A stretch of DNA of 64,000 nt from Chiloscyllium plagiosum (lineage: Eukaryota): the NCBI RefSeq assembly GCF_004010195.1, contig NC_057720.1:23802135-23866134 (forward strand), in the 5' to 3' direction. This document shows positions 12,850 to 25,734 of the stretch, one piece after another; positions within the stretch are counted from its first letter, which is position 1; each line of letters begins with the position of its first letter. The translations under genes and the position numbers were made by a program. The notes beneath the pieces were generated by a model, which was not told the origin of the DNA, made no database searches, and worked only from the letters and a program-made list of their open reading frames with translations.

Positions 12850-13120
12850 TACATTCTCATCCCTGAGTCAGAAAATTCCAAGTGTGTTTTCAGAGACTTG
12901 AGACCATAATCTGTGCTTATTCTCCAGTATAACACTGAGGAAACTTATATTGTTGACTGTGCCAAAGGTAAATTGAAGCCCTATCTCGAGAGGACTAAAA
13001 TGATTGTATGACACTAGTTCAAAGAAAATCAGTGGATTTCCTCCAGTGTCCTGGCCAAATGTATTCTCCAATGAATACCTAAAACCGATGATCTGGCAAT
13101 TTACTTCATTCCTAGTTTTG
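12850..13120 (+). mobile_element. SacSINE1-like DeuSINE, degenerate
   Basis: tgagtcagaa...cagagacttgag..cataatct...ccagtgtcctggccaa matches the recalled Deu-domain pattern. Confidence 0.7.
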
Positions 13121-13134
13121 CTCTTTTTTTTTAT

Positions 13135-13765
13135 ATGTATCCACAGATCCTTGAAGGCAACAGTACAGTTGATAAGGTGGTTATGAAAACATATGGGATA
13201 CCTGCCTTCTTGTCAAGGAATTGGCGACATGAGTAAGAAGGTTATGATGGAGCTACATGTCATGTTAATTAGACTACAGCTGAAGTACTGTGTACAGTTC
13301 TGGTTGCAGTATTATAGGGAGAATGTGATTGCACTAGAGAGGGTGCAGAAGAGATTCACCAAGCAGTTGTCTGGGCTGGAGTGTTTCATCTATGAGGATT
13401 CTGGTTGAAGTGTAAAGTGTTACGAGGAGCATTGACAGGGTAGATAGGGAGAAGTTTTATCCTTAATTTGGGGTCAATAACTGAGGGCACGGTTTTAAGG
13501 AAAGGAGCAGGAGGTTTAGAGTGGATTTAAGGAAAATATTTTTTTCTCCCAGAGGGTTGTAGCTATCTAGAAAGCACTGCCAAAATGGGTGGTAGAGGCA
13601 GGAACACTCAAGACATTAGATGGACACTTGAATTATGGTAGCATATAATGCTATGAGCCGAGTGTTGGAAAATGGGGTTAGAATAGATAAATGCTTAGCG
13701 ACCAGCATTAACGCAATGGGCCAAAGGACCTTCTGCCATGTTGCAAACACTCTGTGACTCTATGG
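13135..13765 (+). mobile_element. CR1 LINE 3' end
   Basis: ORF with KYCVQFW...LERVQKRFT; gactctatg tail. Confidence 0.9.
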
Positions 13766-13879
13766 CTTAGATTTGGATGCACAGAGCACAAGTTCAACAC
13801 TTTTATGTGTCACATAAAACAGACGTCTTGTGAAATGTGAGGAGCAGAGTGCTGTACTTCAACAGGCCTTAGGCTTCTG

Positions 13880-14450
13880 GAGAAAAGAACTGGCAGATGA
13901 AATATAATGCTAAATGATGCAAAGGCTAAACAAAGAGAGGTAATATAAGGGGTATTATTCTAATGTAGATGCAGGAACAGACGCATACATGCACAAACTT
14001 TGAAGGTGGCAAGTCAGGTTGACAAATGGTTACAAGTGCATAAAGGAGTATGAGTTTTATTAATTAAGGCATTGAGGACAGGGCAAGGATGTCATAATGC
14101 ATCTTTATAAATCACTAGCTTGGTTTGAATTGGAGTTTTGTGTTCAATTCTGAGTACCATAGTTTAGGAATGATGTAGAGGCCTTAGAGATGGTACAGAA
14201 ATTAGAAATGAGAATAGTTCCAAGAATAAACAACTCCAGTTATTTGGATAGATTGGATAAGCCAGGCTTGTTCAGCTTGAAGAAGGTTGAGAAAGGATTT
14301 GAAGGTTTAAGATCATGAGGGAGGATAAACAGAGGAGATGGCTGTTTCCTTTGACAGAGGGGTTCGCAATTGGAGAACAAAGATTTAAGGTGCTTGGCAA
14401 AAGAACCATGCTGTCATGAGAAAGCACTTTTTCTTAAATCTCTTAGTGAA
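13880..14450 (+). mobile_element. CR1 LINE fragment, degenerate
   Basis: tggcagatgaaatataatg...tgtgttcaattctgagtacc...gccttagagatggtacag. Confidence 0.75.
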
Positions 14451-14944
14451 TAGCTGGGATTATTAACGGCCCACCTCTTGTGTTAATCCGATACACTCTT
14501 CCCTCCTCCATCCCCTCCCATTTATTTCACTCCAGCCCTCACTCCACTGCTTGGGACAAGCAAACCTCCCCAGTGTGACCCTAGACCCGCCTTGTTCCAG
14601 ATGACTGACTCCTCTTCTTCAGGAGACCTGGTGTAACAATGGCCATGACCTTGATTTGTCTTCGGGGACAAGAGAGCTGCCTGCGCTTTTATCTGCAGAG
14701 TGCTTAGTCTTCACTGGGCAATTATTTCCACCTCACACCAGGTAGGTCCTAAAGGCTATTAAATCCCAATGGGGCGAGCCAGCAAAGGGCAGGCAGGATT
14801 CTCTGTGGCAATCCCCACCAAAAAATTCAGCTCTAGGTTTTGGACATTCACTTCCAGATTCTGAAGATCTTTCACAAGACTGCAAGATTAAAGTAGTCTT
14901 GCTGCATTCAAACAAATGTTCAATTGCTAACTAAATTAGCCAGA

Positions 14945-15105
14945 GTACCTGGTCATTATCTCATTGCTTTTTGTGGGGACTTGCTGTGCACAAATTGGCT
15001 GCCATATTTCCTGTAGTACATCAATAACTGTACTTCATTTACTCTACTTCATTTACTTTGGAAATGTGTTGAATTCATGAAATGGACAAGTTTCTGTTTT
15101 TTCTT
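14945..15105 (+). mobile_element. SacSINE1-like DeuSINE 3' part
   Basis: ctggtcattatctcattgctttttgtggggacttgctgtgcacaaattggctgcc. Confidence 0.8.
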
Positions 15106-15706
15106 TCTGCATGTCTGGCACTTTACTCTCACTTACAAGAAAGCTATGGCTACTGTCTATGCTAGAAAAGATGCATTAAAATTTGTTGCTGAGCAAGAGA
15201 GAGAAATAAATGAAGAAACATTGGAAGCAAAACAGAATGATAGTTGCACATCACAAAGTGAAAGCATAATCAATTTATTATGGATTGTTAAGTTGGGTAG
15301 GATAGCAGCTGAAAATCAGGATTGATTTGTGTGAATACTTTGCCTTCAGCACCAATATGCTGTATTTATTAAAAGGAATCAGAGAGAGGAGTGACTATGG
15401 GCCAAACCTTTAGGAAAATTCCAGATTAAGTTTACTATGTACTTGGATTTTTGTTCTGGAGATATGTTGATTTGTAAATCAGACTCACTAAGCCCAGTGA
15501 GAATTTAGAATCAGGCATAGGTGCTTCTGGGCATAGAGTTTCGCTGGTTCAAAGGGCTGCTTCTTTCTTGCTCTAAGAACTCATCCCAGCTGTAAAAGAA
15601 AGCAAACAAAAACAAAAACAGCTCTTTAATCCTCAACACTCATGCCACACTATCATGCCCTACCTATTACAACCCATGCCATCCTCATGCCCCTATTCAC
15701 AAATCT

Positions 15707-17494
15707 GGAGGGGGTTATCCTGTGACCTACTTGTGTTTTGCAGTATCCTCTTCTGGAACAACATTCAAACAAAGTACAATGCTTATTAGTGACTGGGATG
15801 GGGAGGAGGTGGGTTCCGCTGTATTGGACATGTGTTAGCCATGAATGCATGCATCATAGGATGGATACATGGCATTGGGACTGCTACTTGTGTTAAAGAT
15901 GAACACCAACACAGGCTGGTTGTCTCTTTCTGTGTTGCAATTTGCAAAAATATCATAATTCCATGAAGGATGAGGACTACCTTTCAAGGAGGAAACATTA
16001 TGATTGGAGATTTATCTGGAAGTGTAGGACAGGAGAATAAAAGTGGCTATACACCTGCTCTCCCACAGAAGCTGTAAAATAACAATGAGTGCTCCAAAGA
16101 ATGACAACTCAGAAAACAAATGCAAATAAAAACAATTCCCTATAGTATGGGCCACGCTTAACATTATTGCTTTAAGGTAGTTGGATAAGTCAAACTCCAT
16201 TTCATTGTGTTGGATTTCTGAATTTCTATTGATGTTTTGATTGCATTCTGCCTCTGTCAATCTTTGCAATTTTACCCATTCCCCATGATCACTTAGAATA
16301 TCCAGAAAAATCTATTCCCCTCAATCTACCACCATCACGGTAGTGCCAATTCACGGTAATCTTACACCCTTCATGCCAATTATGCAGTTATCCGAAGGAC
16401 ATACGTTGAGGTGGAATAAGGTGTCTATTGGCTTCTATTGATTATGTTATTATTTTTCAAAAACACTCTTGTTTGTAAAGACCCATGCTGCCCATTTAAA
16501 TTCCTACAAATGGTTCATCCCATGTGAAAACAAATATTCCATTCAAGTACTTATTCCCTTATTAAAACAAACAAAATGTATTACCAGCCCCACATCAAAA
16601 GCCTTTATTAGAGTTCAGAGCTGTCAATCAAACTGTATATGAAAACAGAAAGTTCTGGAGATGTTCTGGCAGCATCTTTGGAGGGACAAACAGAGTTAAT
16701 ATTTCAATCCAATGTGACTCTTCTTTGGAACTTTTGAGTTAATTGTAACAACATTGTGAATTCATGCATGAGTCTTTTTCATTACAATACAGATGCAAAA
16801 ATAATAGGTACAATCAAAGCTGGTCAAGGTAAGCTCGCATCGCAAATTGCAATTCTTCCTATGTTAAAATTGAGACTGGACATCAGGATTTCATAGAGAA
16901 TAAAACTGAATTCCAGGATGCAATCAAAATATCAATAGAAATTCAGAAATCCAACACAATGAAATGGAGTTTAACTTATCCAGCCACCTTAAAGCAATAA
17001 TGTTAATATTTGTTTGGAATATTTGAATGTTAATATTTGAATGGAATATTTGTTTTCACATGGGAATTGTTTTCATTTGTATTTGTTTTCTGAGTTGTCA
17101 TTCTTTGGAGCACTCATTGTTATTTTACAGCTTCTGTGGGAGAGCAGGTGTATAGCCACTTTTAATCTCCTGTCCTACACTTCCAGATAAATCTCCAATC
17201 ATAATGCTTCCTCCTTGAAAGGTAGTCCTCATCCTTCATGGAATTATAATATTTTTGCAAATTGCAACACAGAAAGAGACAACCAGCCTGTGTTGGTGTT
17301 CATCTCTAACATGAGTAGCAGTCCTAATTCCATGTATCCATCCTATGATGCATGCATTCATGGCTAACACATGTCCAATACAGCGGAACCCACCTCCCCC
17401 CATCCCAGTCACTAATAAGCATTGTACTTTGTTTGAATGTTGTTCCAGAAGAAGATATTGCAAAAGACAAATAGGTCAAAGGATAATCCCCTCC
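15707..17494. repeat. Long inverted duplication (arms 15707-16250 and 16914-17494)
   Basis: Arms are near-identical reverse complements; mirrored ORFs share PIPVTNKHCTLFECCSRR; 663-bp spacer. Confidence 0.95.
16641..16732 (-). mobile_element. PLE terminal micro-element, degenerate
   Basis: Reverse complement agttccaaagaagagtcacattggattgaaatattaactc. Confidence 0.65.
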
Positions 17495-17555
17495 CCACTC
17501 TCCAACACCATTCTTATTGCCCTTAATGATAAACTACCAATGGTCCCAATGAGAA

Positions 17556-17750
17556 TGAGACAGTAGGGTTGCAGATCCTGGAAGCCAGAGTCAATAGATA
17601 TGAAGCTGGAAAAGCACAGCAGGTCCAAGGAGCAGGAAAGGCAATGTTTTGGACTGAAACCCTTCATCCTTTTCGGCCCAAAATGTTGACTTTCCTGCTC
17701 CTTGGATGCTGTCTGATCTGCTGGGTTTTTCGAGCTTCACATCTATTGGG
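17556..17750. mobile_element. Palindromic PLE micro-element
   Basis: caatagatatgaagctggaaaagcacagcagg...ccaaggagcaggaaag inverted against ctttcctgctccttgg...gagcttcacatctattg. Confidence 0.8.
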
Positions 17751-18243
17751 CCTAATGAGGAAACTGCTGCCTACAGGAGTCTGACATGGAGAAGTGGTGG
17801 TGTAGGTCATAGCAGAAGGACTTTAGTCACATTCTGTTATTCCTTTTCAGGCCTAAGGGATCTTCAGTTCAGAGGAGATATTGGCAATGTTAAGATTGTT
17901 CTCCTTGGAATAATGAATGATAATAGAAGAATAATAGAGGTTGTCAAAATGATGAGAGATTCTGAGAGAGCAGATTAAAAGAAACATATTGAGGTCATAG
18001 AATTAAAATCCCCAAATGAAGGGGAGATGAGGAAATATTCTTTATTCAGAGATTTTGGGATTTGAACATTTAAAAAAGAATTAGAATTGAGAGTGCAAGG
18101 CTGCAGAGAAAAAGTAGGGATGTGGGAATGAGCCAGTCAAAGAGCCAACACAAGCCAGTGGCCTCCTTTTATATGATTCTATCTTATGATTCTTCTTATG
18201 ATTCTGTCTGAAGAACTTAATGAGGTGCTTTGTCTAATATATG

Positions 18244-19200
18244 AGTTTTTGAGGAAGTAACAAAGAAGATTGATGAGGGCAGAGCAGTAGATGTGATCTA
18301 TATGGACTTCAGTAAGGGGCTCAACAAGGTTCACCACGGGAGACTGATTAGCAAGGTTAGATCCCATGGTATACAGGGAGAACTAGCCATTTGGATACAG
18401 AACTGGCTCAAAGGTAGAAGACAGAGGGTGGTGGTGGAGGGTTGTTTTTCAGACTGGAGGCCTGTGACCAGTGGAGTGCCACAAGGATCGGTGCTGGGCC
18501 CTCTACTTTTTGTCATTTACATTAATGATTTGGATGCGAGCATAAGAGGTACAGTTAGTAAGTTTGCAGAGGCGTTTGGTATGCTTTCCTTTATTGGTCA
18601 GAGTATTGAGTACAGGAGTCGGGAGGTCATGTTGTGGCTGTACAGCACATTGGTTAGGCCACTGTTAGAATATTGTGTGCAATTCTGGTTTCCTTCCTAT
18701 TGGAAAGATGTTGTGAAACTTGAAAGGGTTCAGAAAAGATTTACAAGGATGTTGCCAGGGTTGGAGGATTTGAGCTATAGGGAGGGGCTGAACAGGCTGG
18801 GACTGTTTTCCCTGGAGTCCGGAGGCTGAAAGGTGACATTGAAGAGGTTTACAAAATTATGAGGGGCATGGATAGGGTAAATAGGCAAAGTCTTTTCCCT
18901 GGGGTCAGGGAGTCCAGAACTAGAGGGCATAGGTTTAGGGTGAGAGGGGAAATATGTAAAAGGGACCTAAGGGGCAACTGTTTCACGTAGAGAGTGGTAC
19001 GTGTATGGAATGAGCTGCCAGAGGAAGTGGTGGAGGCTGGTACAATTGCAACATTTAAGAGGCATTTGGATGAGTATATGAATAGGAAGGGTTTGGAGGG
19101 ATATGGGCCGGGTGCTGGCAGGTGGGACTAGATTGAGTTGGGATTTCTGGTCGGCATGAAGGGTCTGTTTCCATGCTGTACATCTCTATGACTCTATGAC
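18244..19200 (+). mobile_element. CR1/HER1 LINE, 5'-truncated with internal deletion
   Basis: ORF 18293-18829 reads YMDFSK...[21 protein letters not shown]...KFAE|AFGML; tgactctatgac tail. Confidence 0.95.
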
Positions 19201-20789
19201 TTCACAGTTCACTCTAATCTCTGTGCTACTCCACCTATCAAACACCATAAAGCAGAGGTGGAAGAAGATGCCGTCCAATACAAACGCTATACTCTAAATT
19301 ACTGCAGGTACTCAGCAGATTCAAGTGCCATTTGAGCTAGAGTTATAGCATTGTGACATCTGGACCCTGTGTCTGTATGTGCGAGCCCCTTTCGGTTGGC
19401 ATTGAAGTATCACAATTTCTGCACTTCGGAAATCTAGAATTCTTTGACTTCTCTGTCTATATCAGGGTACATCACTGTGTGAGATTTGTAGGGCTCAATA
19501 ACGGCTTGCAATGTGGCTTGCCAAGATCTGAGTAAATACATGGAACAGACATGGATACAACAACACCATTAGTCAAAGATGCTAAGCTAATTCACAATGC
19601 AAACAGCATTACAATTTTCTCTGTGGGCAAGTGCAACCAAGTCAGACACTACATTGTAATCAATGATATAAGTCAGTGTAATTGATATAGAATTTGATTT
19701 ACCACCTCAGTGTTGGTTGTTTCAATCAAAGAATTGCTATGCAATCTGCTCACCATGTTAATTTTGCCTGGAATAAATAAACTCTGCATGGATGACTTGG
19801 TTGATATTTTGGGCTTCTGTCAAACAAAAAAAAACACTGCAGTGTGCAAAAACTATTGAGGAGTTTCTCAGATATCAGTCATTTAGTTCTTCAAGTTGCT
19901 ACACCTTTCAAACCAGATTTTTTCTGGGAATAAAACAAGCTGGACATCATTTTCAAGGGAAAAAATAAACTAAACAGGTCTGATTATGGCTATATTGAGG
20001 TGATTTCATTCTCAACAAGTTGGCATTAAATCAATTCACTGTATGCAGTATGATGCATGGATACCTATAACATTCCAAAGTGTCCTGTATCTAGTAGCAG
20101 AACACCTGTTCTGAAAGCAGATGTCTTATGATAGAGGACAAAATTTATAAAATAAAATTCTTCACACTCAGTACAAAATAGTAATCCAGAAACACTCATT
20201 TGAATTGAAGTGGACTGAGCTGTGCTCTATTAAAGAGCTTAATGATAAAAATTATCTTTGATGTCCACATAAAATGTTTACCATGTTAAAGAATTCAGCA
20301 TCTTGTCAAAGGGATATGTAGTTCCTAGTCACCGTGTATGCAAACAGTCTGAAAGAGACAACGAAGTATTTGATTATCTATCAAAGTGTGAAGGCTGTTA
20401 ATATTTTGTTTTCAGTTACTTCATAAGACATAGCTTGTTGCTAAATAAATAATTTGCAGTAAATATTGCTGCTAATTTTTAAGTCTGACAAAGATATATT
20501 ATGGTATTTGGGAGATCTAATGAACCAGCTGCTATTTGAATAATAGGTAGTTCCTAACTTTTTACCTAAATTGAGGATTTAAGGAGAAAGTTCATCTGAT
20601 TCATCAAAACAATGTACAGTGTTTGAAAAATTCAATATTTATAAGATGTGGACCTCATTGTGAAGGCTAGCATTTATTAACCGTTCCTCCATGTCCTTGT
20701 GAAGGTGCTGGTGATTCACTGCAGTGAGGACTGGTGGTGTGGGCTTCAAGTATTTTGACCCAATGACAACAAACAGACAGTAATATATA

Positions 20790-20907
20790 ATTCTGAAAAA
20801 GAGTCATACAGGACTTGAAGCATCAATTCTATTCCTCTCTCCACAGATGCTGTCAGACCTTTGAGACTTCCAATATTCTCTGTATTTGTTTCAGATTTCC
20901 AGCAGTC
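20790..20907 (+). mobile_element. PLE terminal micro-element inserted in an older LINE tail
   Basis: Starts attctgaaaaagagtcatacaggacttgaagcatcaattc, then cacagatgctgtcagacc. Confidence 0.7.
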
Positions 20908-21313
20908 TCTATATTTTATCCAAGTAATATATGGTCACTCATGATAGTGTGTGATGCAGAGATGGTTGTGTTCCCGTGTATCTATTCTATATTTTCTGTG
21001 TGGCAAGAGTCAACAGTTTGACACTATGATGTCACAGGTGATGCTATGGCAAATCCAATAAAGAGGCAATTCCACAAAATAATGCTAAGTATCTATATGG
21101 ATAAATTGTAATTCTATTTTCTTCCATATATCATTTTATGTCCATAAAGAAATCCAACACATTAGTTTATTATATATAAAGTGGTTTAACATTCTGAGGT
21201 GCATTTCCCATGAATTCTCTATTAAACACTTGACCCCTATTTAGTTTTATTCAGTTCTAAGCTACCTAAACATTAATACATCAGAAAATAAACATACAGG
21301 TTCTTTTTTTATG

Positions 21314-21585
21314 AGGGTAGCATGGTGAGTCAGTGGTTAGTACTGCTACCTCACAGCACCAGAGACCTGGGTTCAATTCCTGTCCTTGGGCAACTGCTTC
21401 AGTGGAGATTGCACAATCTCCCTGTACATGTGTGGGTTTCCTCTGGTGCTCTAGTTTCCTTCCTCAGTCCAAAGATGTGTAGGTTAGGTTAGTTCATCAT
21501 GCTAAATTGCCTGTAGTGTGCAGGGTTATAGGGGGAGGTAGGTCGGGGGGGGGGTCAGTGTGAACTCAGTGGGCCTAATGGCCTA
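21314..21585 (+). mobile_element. HE1-type V-SINE
   Basis: gtcagtggttagtactgctacctcacagc...gggttcaattcc head followed by V-domain. Confidence 0.9.
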
Positions 21586-22859
21586 AGCTTTGGTCTGTTT
21601 ATTGAAATTTTCACATGCAATTTAAACACTAGATTCCTCAACTGCTAGCTAGCCAATTAAAGCATCCCTTTAAATTAGTTTCAGACCACAACTATTGTCT
21701 TGCATTTTGGGACTCATTCCTAAAAGCAAGGACATTGTTAAATCAAACTTGAATCCCTCAGTTGTTTTGTAATTAAGTTGCTATTAATTGAATTTTTTTT
21801 ATCTCTTCAAGTTTTATCTCTTTGTACATGTTTACAAGTGTGCTAGTTTTGCAAAATATTCCCCATCTTTCTTACACTATGTAAAATAATCCCTATGTCT
21901 GGTTTATCTTCACCACAATGTTGTTTCAGCCCTTACAGAATCCTCAAATGGAACGAATGGGAGAAATGCCCCTCCATTGTTTAACAAGCAAATAATTTCA
22001 ATCATGATCTGCTCATGGGCAGGTGGTGAAAACTAGGAAGAGAGATTAATTTTAAAACTCAGAATTTATCCAAAACAATTGCTAAAAGTGTTCAGTACAC
22101 AAAAGGTTAACAAATGTAAAAAAATTGCTTCTGAAAAGAATTTTGCACTGAAGTATTGAAATTCCTTTGCGTGGGAGTACTGACAGACAAGGACAAAGGA
22201 TTGTAAGATGCTATACATTGTATGCAGGTTGGTGATAAATGTTGTTTGGAAATTGGTTGCCATTTATTTGTGATTACAACTGGATGTAACCGGAAAAATA
22301 AACAAGAATATAATGGCATTAAAATAGAATTTCTATATTGACATGTCATGATTTCTTTCAAAATGTTGCATTCTGCAACAGGAATAAAATAAAAGGAATA
22401 AAATACAAATTATTTGATATAAAAGATAAAAGGAGTTCACTGTATTTGTCCACATTTTGTACAAATAATTTGACAAGAAAAAATTTGTTGTTTTTCACTA
22501 ATTTGTATTACCTAGACTGATAAGCTTATAACATTTCCCCCAGTGATTATTATTTAATCTCTTTCTTAACTACAACCTGTTACACATAAACCATTTTCAA
22601 ATATACATAATTTACAATTATTCAAGTTATTTTGCAGAATTGTCTACATTGTATTAAGATCTTGTAATTGTGCATAATGTAGGCAATTCTGAAAAGAGAG
22701 AAGAGGAAAGCCTCAAAAAGAAAAGATTTGTATTGAAGTGAAACGGCTGATTAACCACATGCAATGGGTGTAGGACAGCAGGATGATTCCAGCTGAAAAT
22801 TTGGTTTTAGTGTAGTGTTGCCTGTACATTTGGACAATTTCTTTTCAATTGGTGACTTT

Positions 22860-23570
22860 AATGTAGAAAAATGCCCCTAGCTATTTCACAGTAGGCACAA
22901 ATCAGAAATAAATGGAAACCACTCAAAAAGAGTTATGAGAAAGGTGGCCAGATAGTTAGTTCGGATGTTGGCTTTAGAGGGAGTCTTAAAATTAGCAAGA
23001 GAACTTGAGAGTTGGAAATGGAAGTTTAAGACATCTATCTATTGATAGATGGACACGTGGCTGCCAGTATTAGATGAAGGGAGGTGTTAAAGAGCCAGCG
23101 CATGAGGAACTGAGAGATTTAAAGCAAATTCTACTGATTGAGAAGGTTACAGTTAGTGGGAAATTTCATTCCAGGGAAATGTTTAATAACAAGGATGAAA
23201 TTTTACATTGGTGGCTTAATGTAACTTGAAGCCAACATAGGTCATTAAGGAAAGGAATAATAGCTATTATATTTGAGGCATCATTTTCAGGCAGCAAAAC
23301 TTTTAATGAATTTTGCAGAGAATGGGTGGTGTTAGAATTCTGCTTAATCAGGAACAGCCAACGGCATAGATGAAAGCTTTGTTAGCAGATGAAGGAGGGG
23401 CAAAGGCTGGCAATAATCCATTGGTTGATATGGGATCAGAAGCCCAGCTTAGGGTCAAACAGGATATTCAAACTGAAAGCAATTTGATTCAGCCTGAAGC
23501 AGTGGATGGCAAGAAGGATCATCAGGTTCACGGGTATCAAGAAGATGATCAAACCAATAAAGAAGGTGAA
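22860..23570 (-). mobile_element. Highly degenerate LINE (L2-like) 3' region
   Basis: Purine-rich relic resembling the reverse complement of an L2 3' end; weak. Confidence 0.4.
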
Positions 23571-24741
23571 AATTGAATATGCAGGCCAAACAAGTAAGTA
23601 GTATCAAAATGGACAGTAAGAGTTTCTTTAAATAGATAAAAAGGAAGAGAGAGACCAAAGTGAACACAGCTCCTTAGAGAACAAAGCTGGGAAAATAACA
23701 ATGGGGAAACAGGAAATGGCAGAGAATTGAAAAACACACTTTGTATCAGTCTTCACAGTAGAGGTCATTAACTGCATTCCAAAAATAGTAAATTATCAAG
23801 ATCTAAAGAGGGGGAGGAAATTAACCCAATAATGATCACTAGAGAAGAAGTACTAGAGAAACTAATGGAGCTCAAGGTTAATATGTCCCCTTAACTAGAT
23901 AGAATACATCCTAGGAATTTAAAGAAAGTAGCTACATAAATAATGGATCCTAAAATTCTGGAAATGTCACAGAGGATTTGAAAATTCCAAATATAATAGC
24001 CTTATTCTGAAAGGGAGGATGATAACAGGCTAGTTAGCTTAACATCTGTCATTGAGACGATGTAATCACAGACCATTTAGAAACACATAATGCAATCAAG
24101 CGCAGTCAACTTGGCTTTGTGAAGGGAAAGTTATTCCTGACAAATTTAAGGAGATCACAAGAAAGATAGATGAAAGGGATAACTAAAGTATTCACTAAGT
24201 TACAGTATATAAGGTTACATGTAAGATAGTCACTCATGGTATTAGGGTAGTATATTTGTATGGGCGGAGGATTGGCTAACTAATGGAAGACAAAGATTTG
24301 AGATAAAGGGAGCATTTTCAGGATGGCAACTAGTGGAGTTCCAGTTGCCATCCTGAAAATGATCCCTTTATCCCAACTCTGTCTGGGACCACACTTATTT
24401 ACAATATATATCAATGGCTTGGATAAGGAAAGTGAATGTACTATCACCGGCTTGGTGGCTGACACAAATTAGATTGGAAGGCAAGTACTGAGGATGAAAG
24501 GAAGAGTCTGCGGAGGAATATAGGTAGGCTAAATGAATAGGCAAAAACAAAGAATGTAATGTGGGGAAAATCTGAAGCTGTGCACTTTGGCAGGAAGAAT
24601 AGGAGAGACAAATTCTATATAAATGGGGTAGGGTTGCATCAAGATGCAGAACAGAGGGATTTGTGCATGCATCACAAGAAAAAAGTATTCAAATTCATTG
24701 GATAAGGAAGACAAGTGGACTGTTGGCATGGTTTTCAATCC

Positions 24742-24937
24742 AAATCACACAACACCAGATTATAATCCAACGGGTTTATTTGAAACTACAAGCTTTTGCA
24801 ACACTGCTCCATTGTCAGGTAGCAAAGGAGCAGTACTCCAAAAGGTTATACTTTCAGATAAACATGTTGGACTATAACCTGGTGTTGTGTGATTTTTAAC
24901 TTTGTCCACTCCAGTCCAACACTAGCACCTCCACATT
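24742..24937. mobile_element. Palindromic PLE micro-element (family C)
   Basis: aaatcacacaacaccagattataatccaac inverted against gttggactataacctggtgttgtgtgattt, with a decayed hammerhead at the turn. Confidence 0.8.
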
Positions 24938-25032
24938 ATTCAGTTGGAATGGGGTATAAATATCAGAAGGTCTTAATAAGATTATACAAGGTGCTAATCA
25001 CACCACACATGGAATACCATGAACATTTTTGT

Positions 25033-25370
25033 GGGCGGCACGGTGGCACAGTGGTTAGCACTGCTGCCTCACAGCGGCAGAGACCCGGGTTCAATTCCCG
25101 CCTCAGGCGACTGACTGTGTGGAGTTTGCACGTTCTCCCCGTGTCTGCGTGGGTTTCCTCCGGGTGCTCCGGTTTCCTCCCACAGTCCAAAGATGTGCAG
25201 GGCCAGGTGAATTGGCCATGCTAAATTGTCCGTAGTGTTAGGTAAAGGGGTAAATGTAGGGATACGGGGGGGGGGTTTCACTTCGGCGGGTCGGTGTAGA
25301 CTTGTTGGGCCGAAGGGCCTGTTTCCACACTGTAATCTAATCTAAAAAAAAATCTAATCTAAAATCTAAA
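25033..25370 (+). mobile_element. HE1-type V-SINE, young
   Basis: gggcggcacggtggcacagtggttagcactgctgcc head, intact V-domain, aatct tail. Confidence 0.95.
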
Positions 25371-25734
25371 ACAGTTTTAACCCACTTCCTAAGGAAAGAT
25401 GTATTGGCATTTGAAACAGTTCAGAGAAGGTTCACTGGACTGATTCTGATTTTGGAAGGAGTTTTTATGAGGAAAGTTTAAGTAGTTTAAGCTTATAATC
25501 ATTGGAGTTTAGAAGAATGAGATGAGATCTTATTGAACCATATAAGATTATTATTGACAAGTTAGATGCGGAGAGTGCTTTTTCCCTCTTGTGAGAGAAT
25601 GAGAACTGAAATTTACAAAATATTTAAAGGGGGAGACAGAATAGATAAAAGTAAGATGTTTCCACTGTTTGGGTGGCTATAACCATGGGACACAATTTAA
25701 AAACAATGACACAAGTCCAAGAGGTGGGGAATAT

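Larger units (their letters stand above)
23600..25600 (+). mobile_element. CR1 LINE, degenerate, interrupted by PLE and HE1 insertions
   Basis: ORF2-like segments: cagtcaacttggctttgtgaagggaaa, ttatttacaatatatatcaatg, gttcagagaaggttcactgg. Confidence 0.85.

Noticed and set aside
14440..14832. Possible DNA-transposon (MITE) end ...aaaaattcagc
   Set aside because: Too degenerate; no matching opposite terminus found
25033..25105. tRNA genes at SINE heads
   Set aside because: The A/B boxes belong to tRNA-derived SINEs and run directly into SINE body sequence
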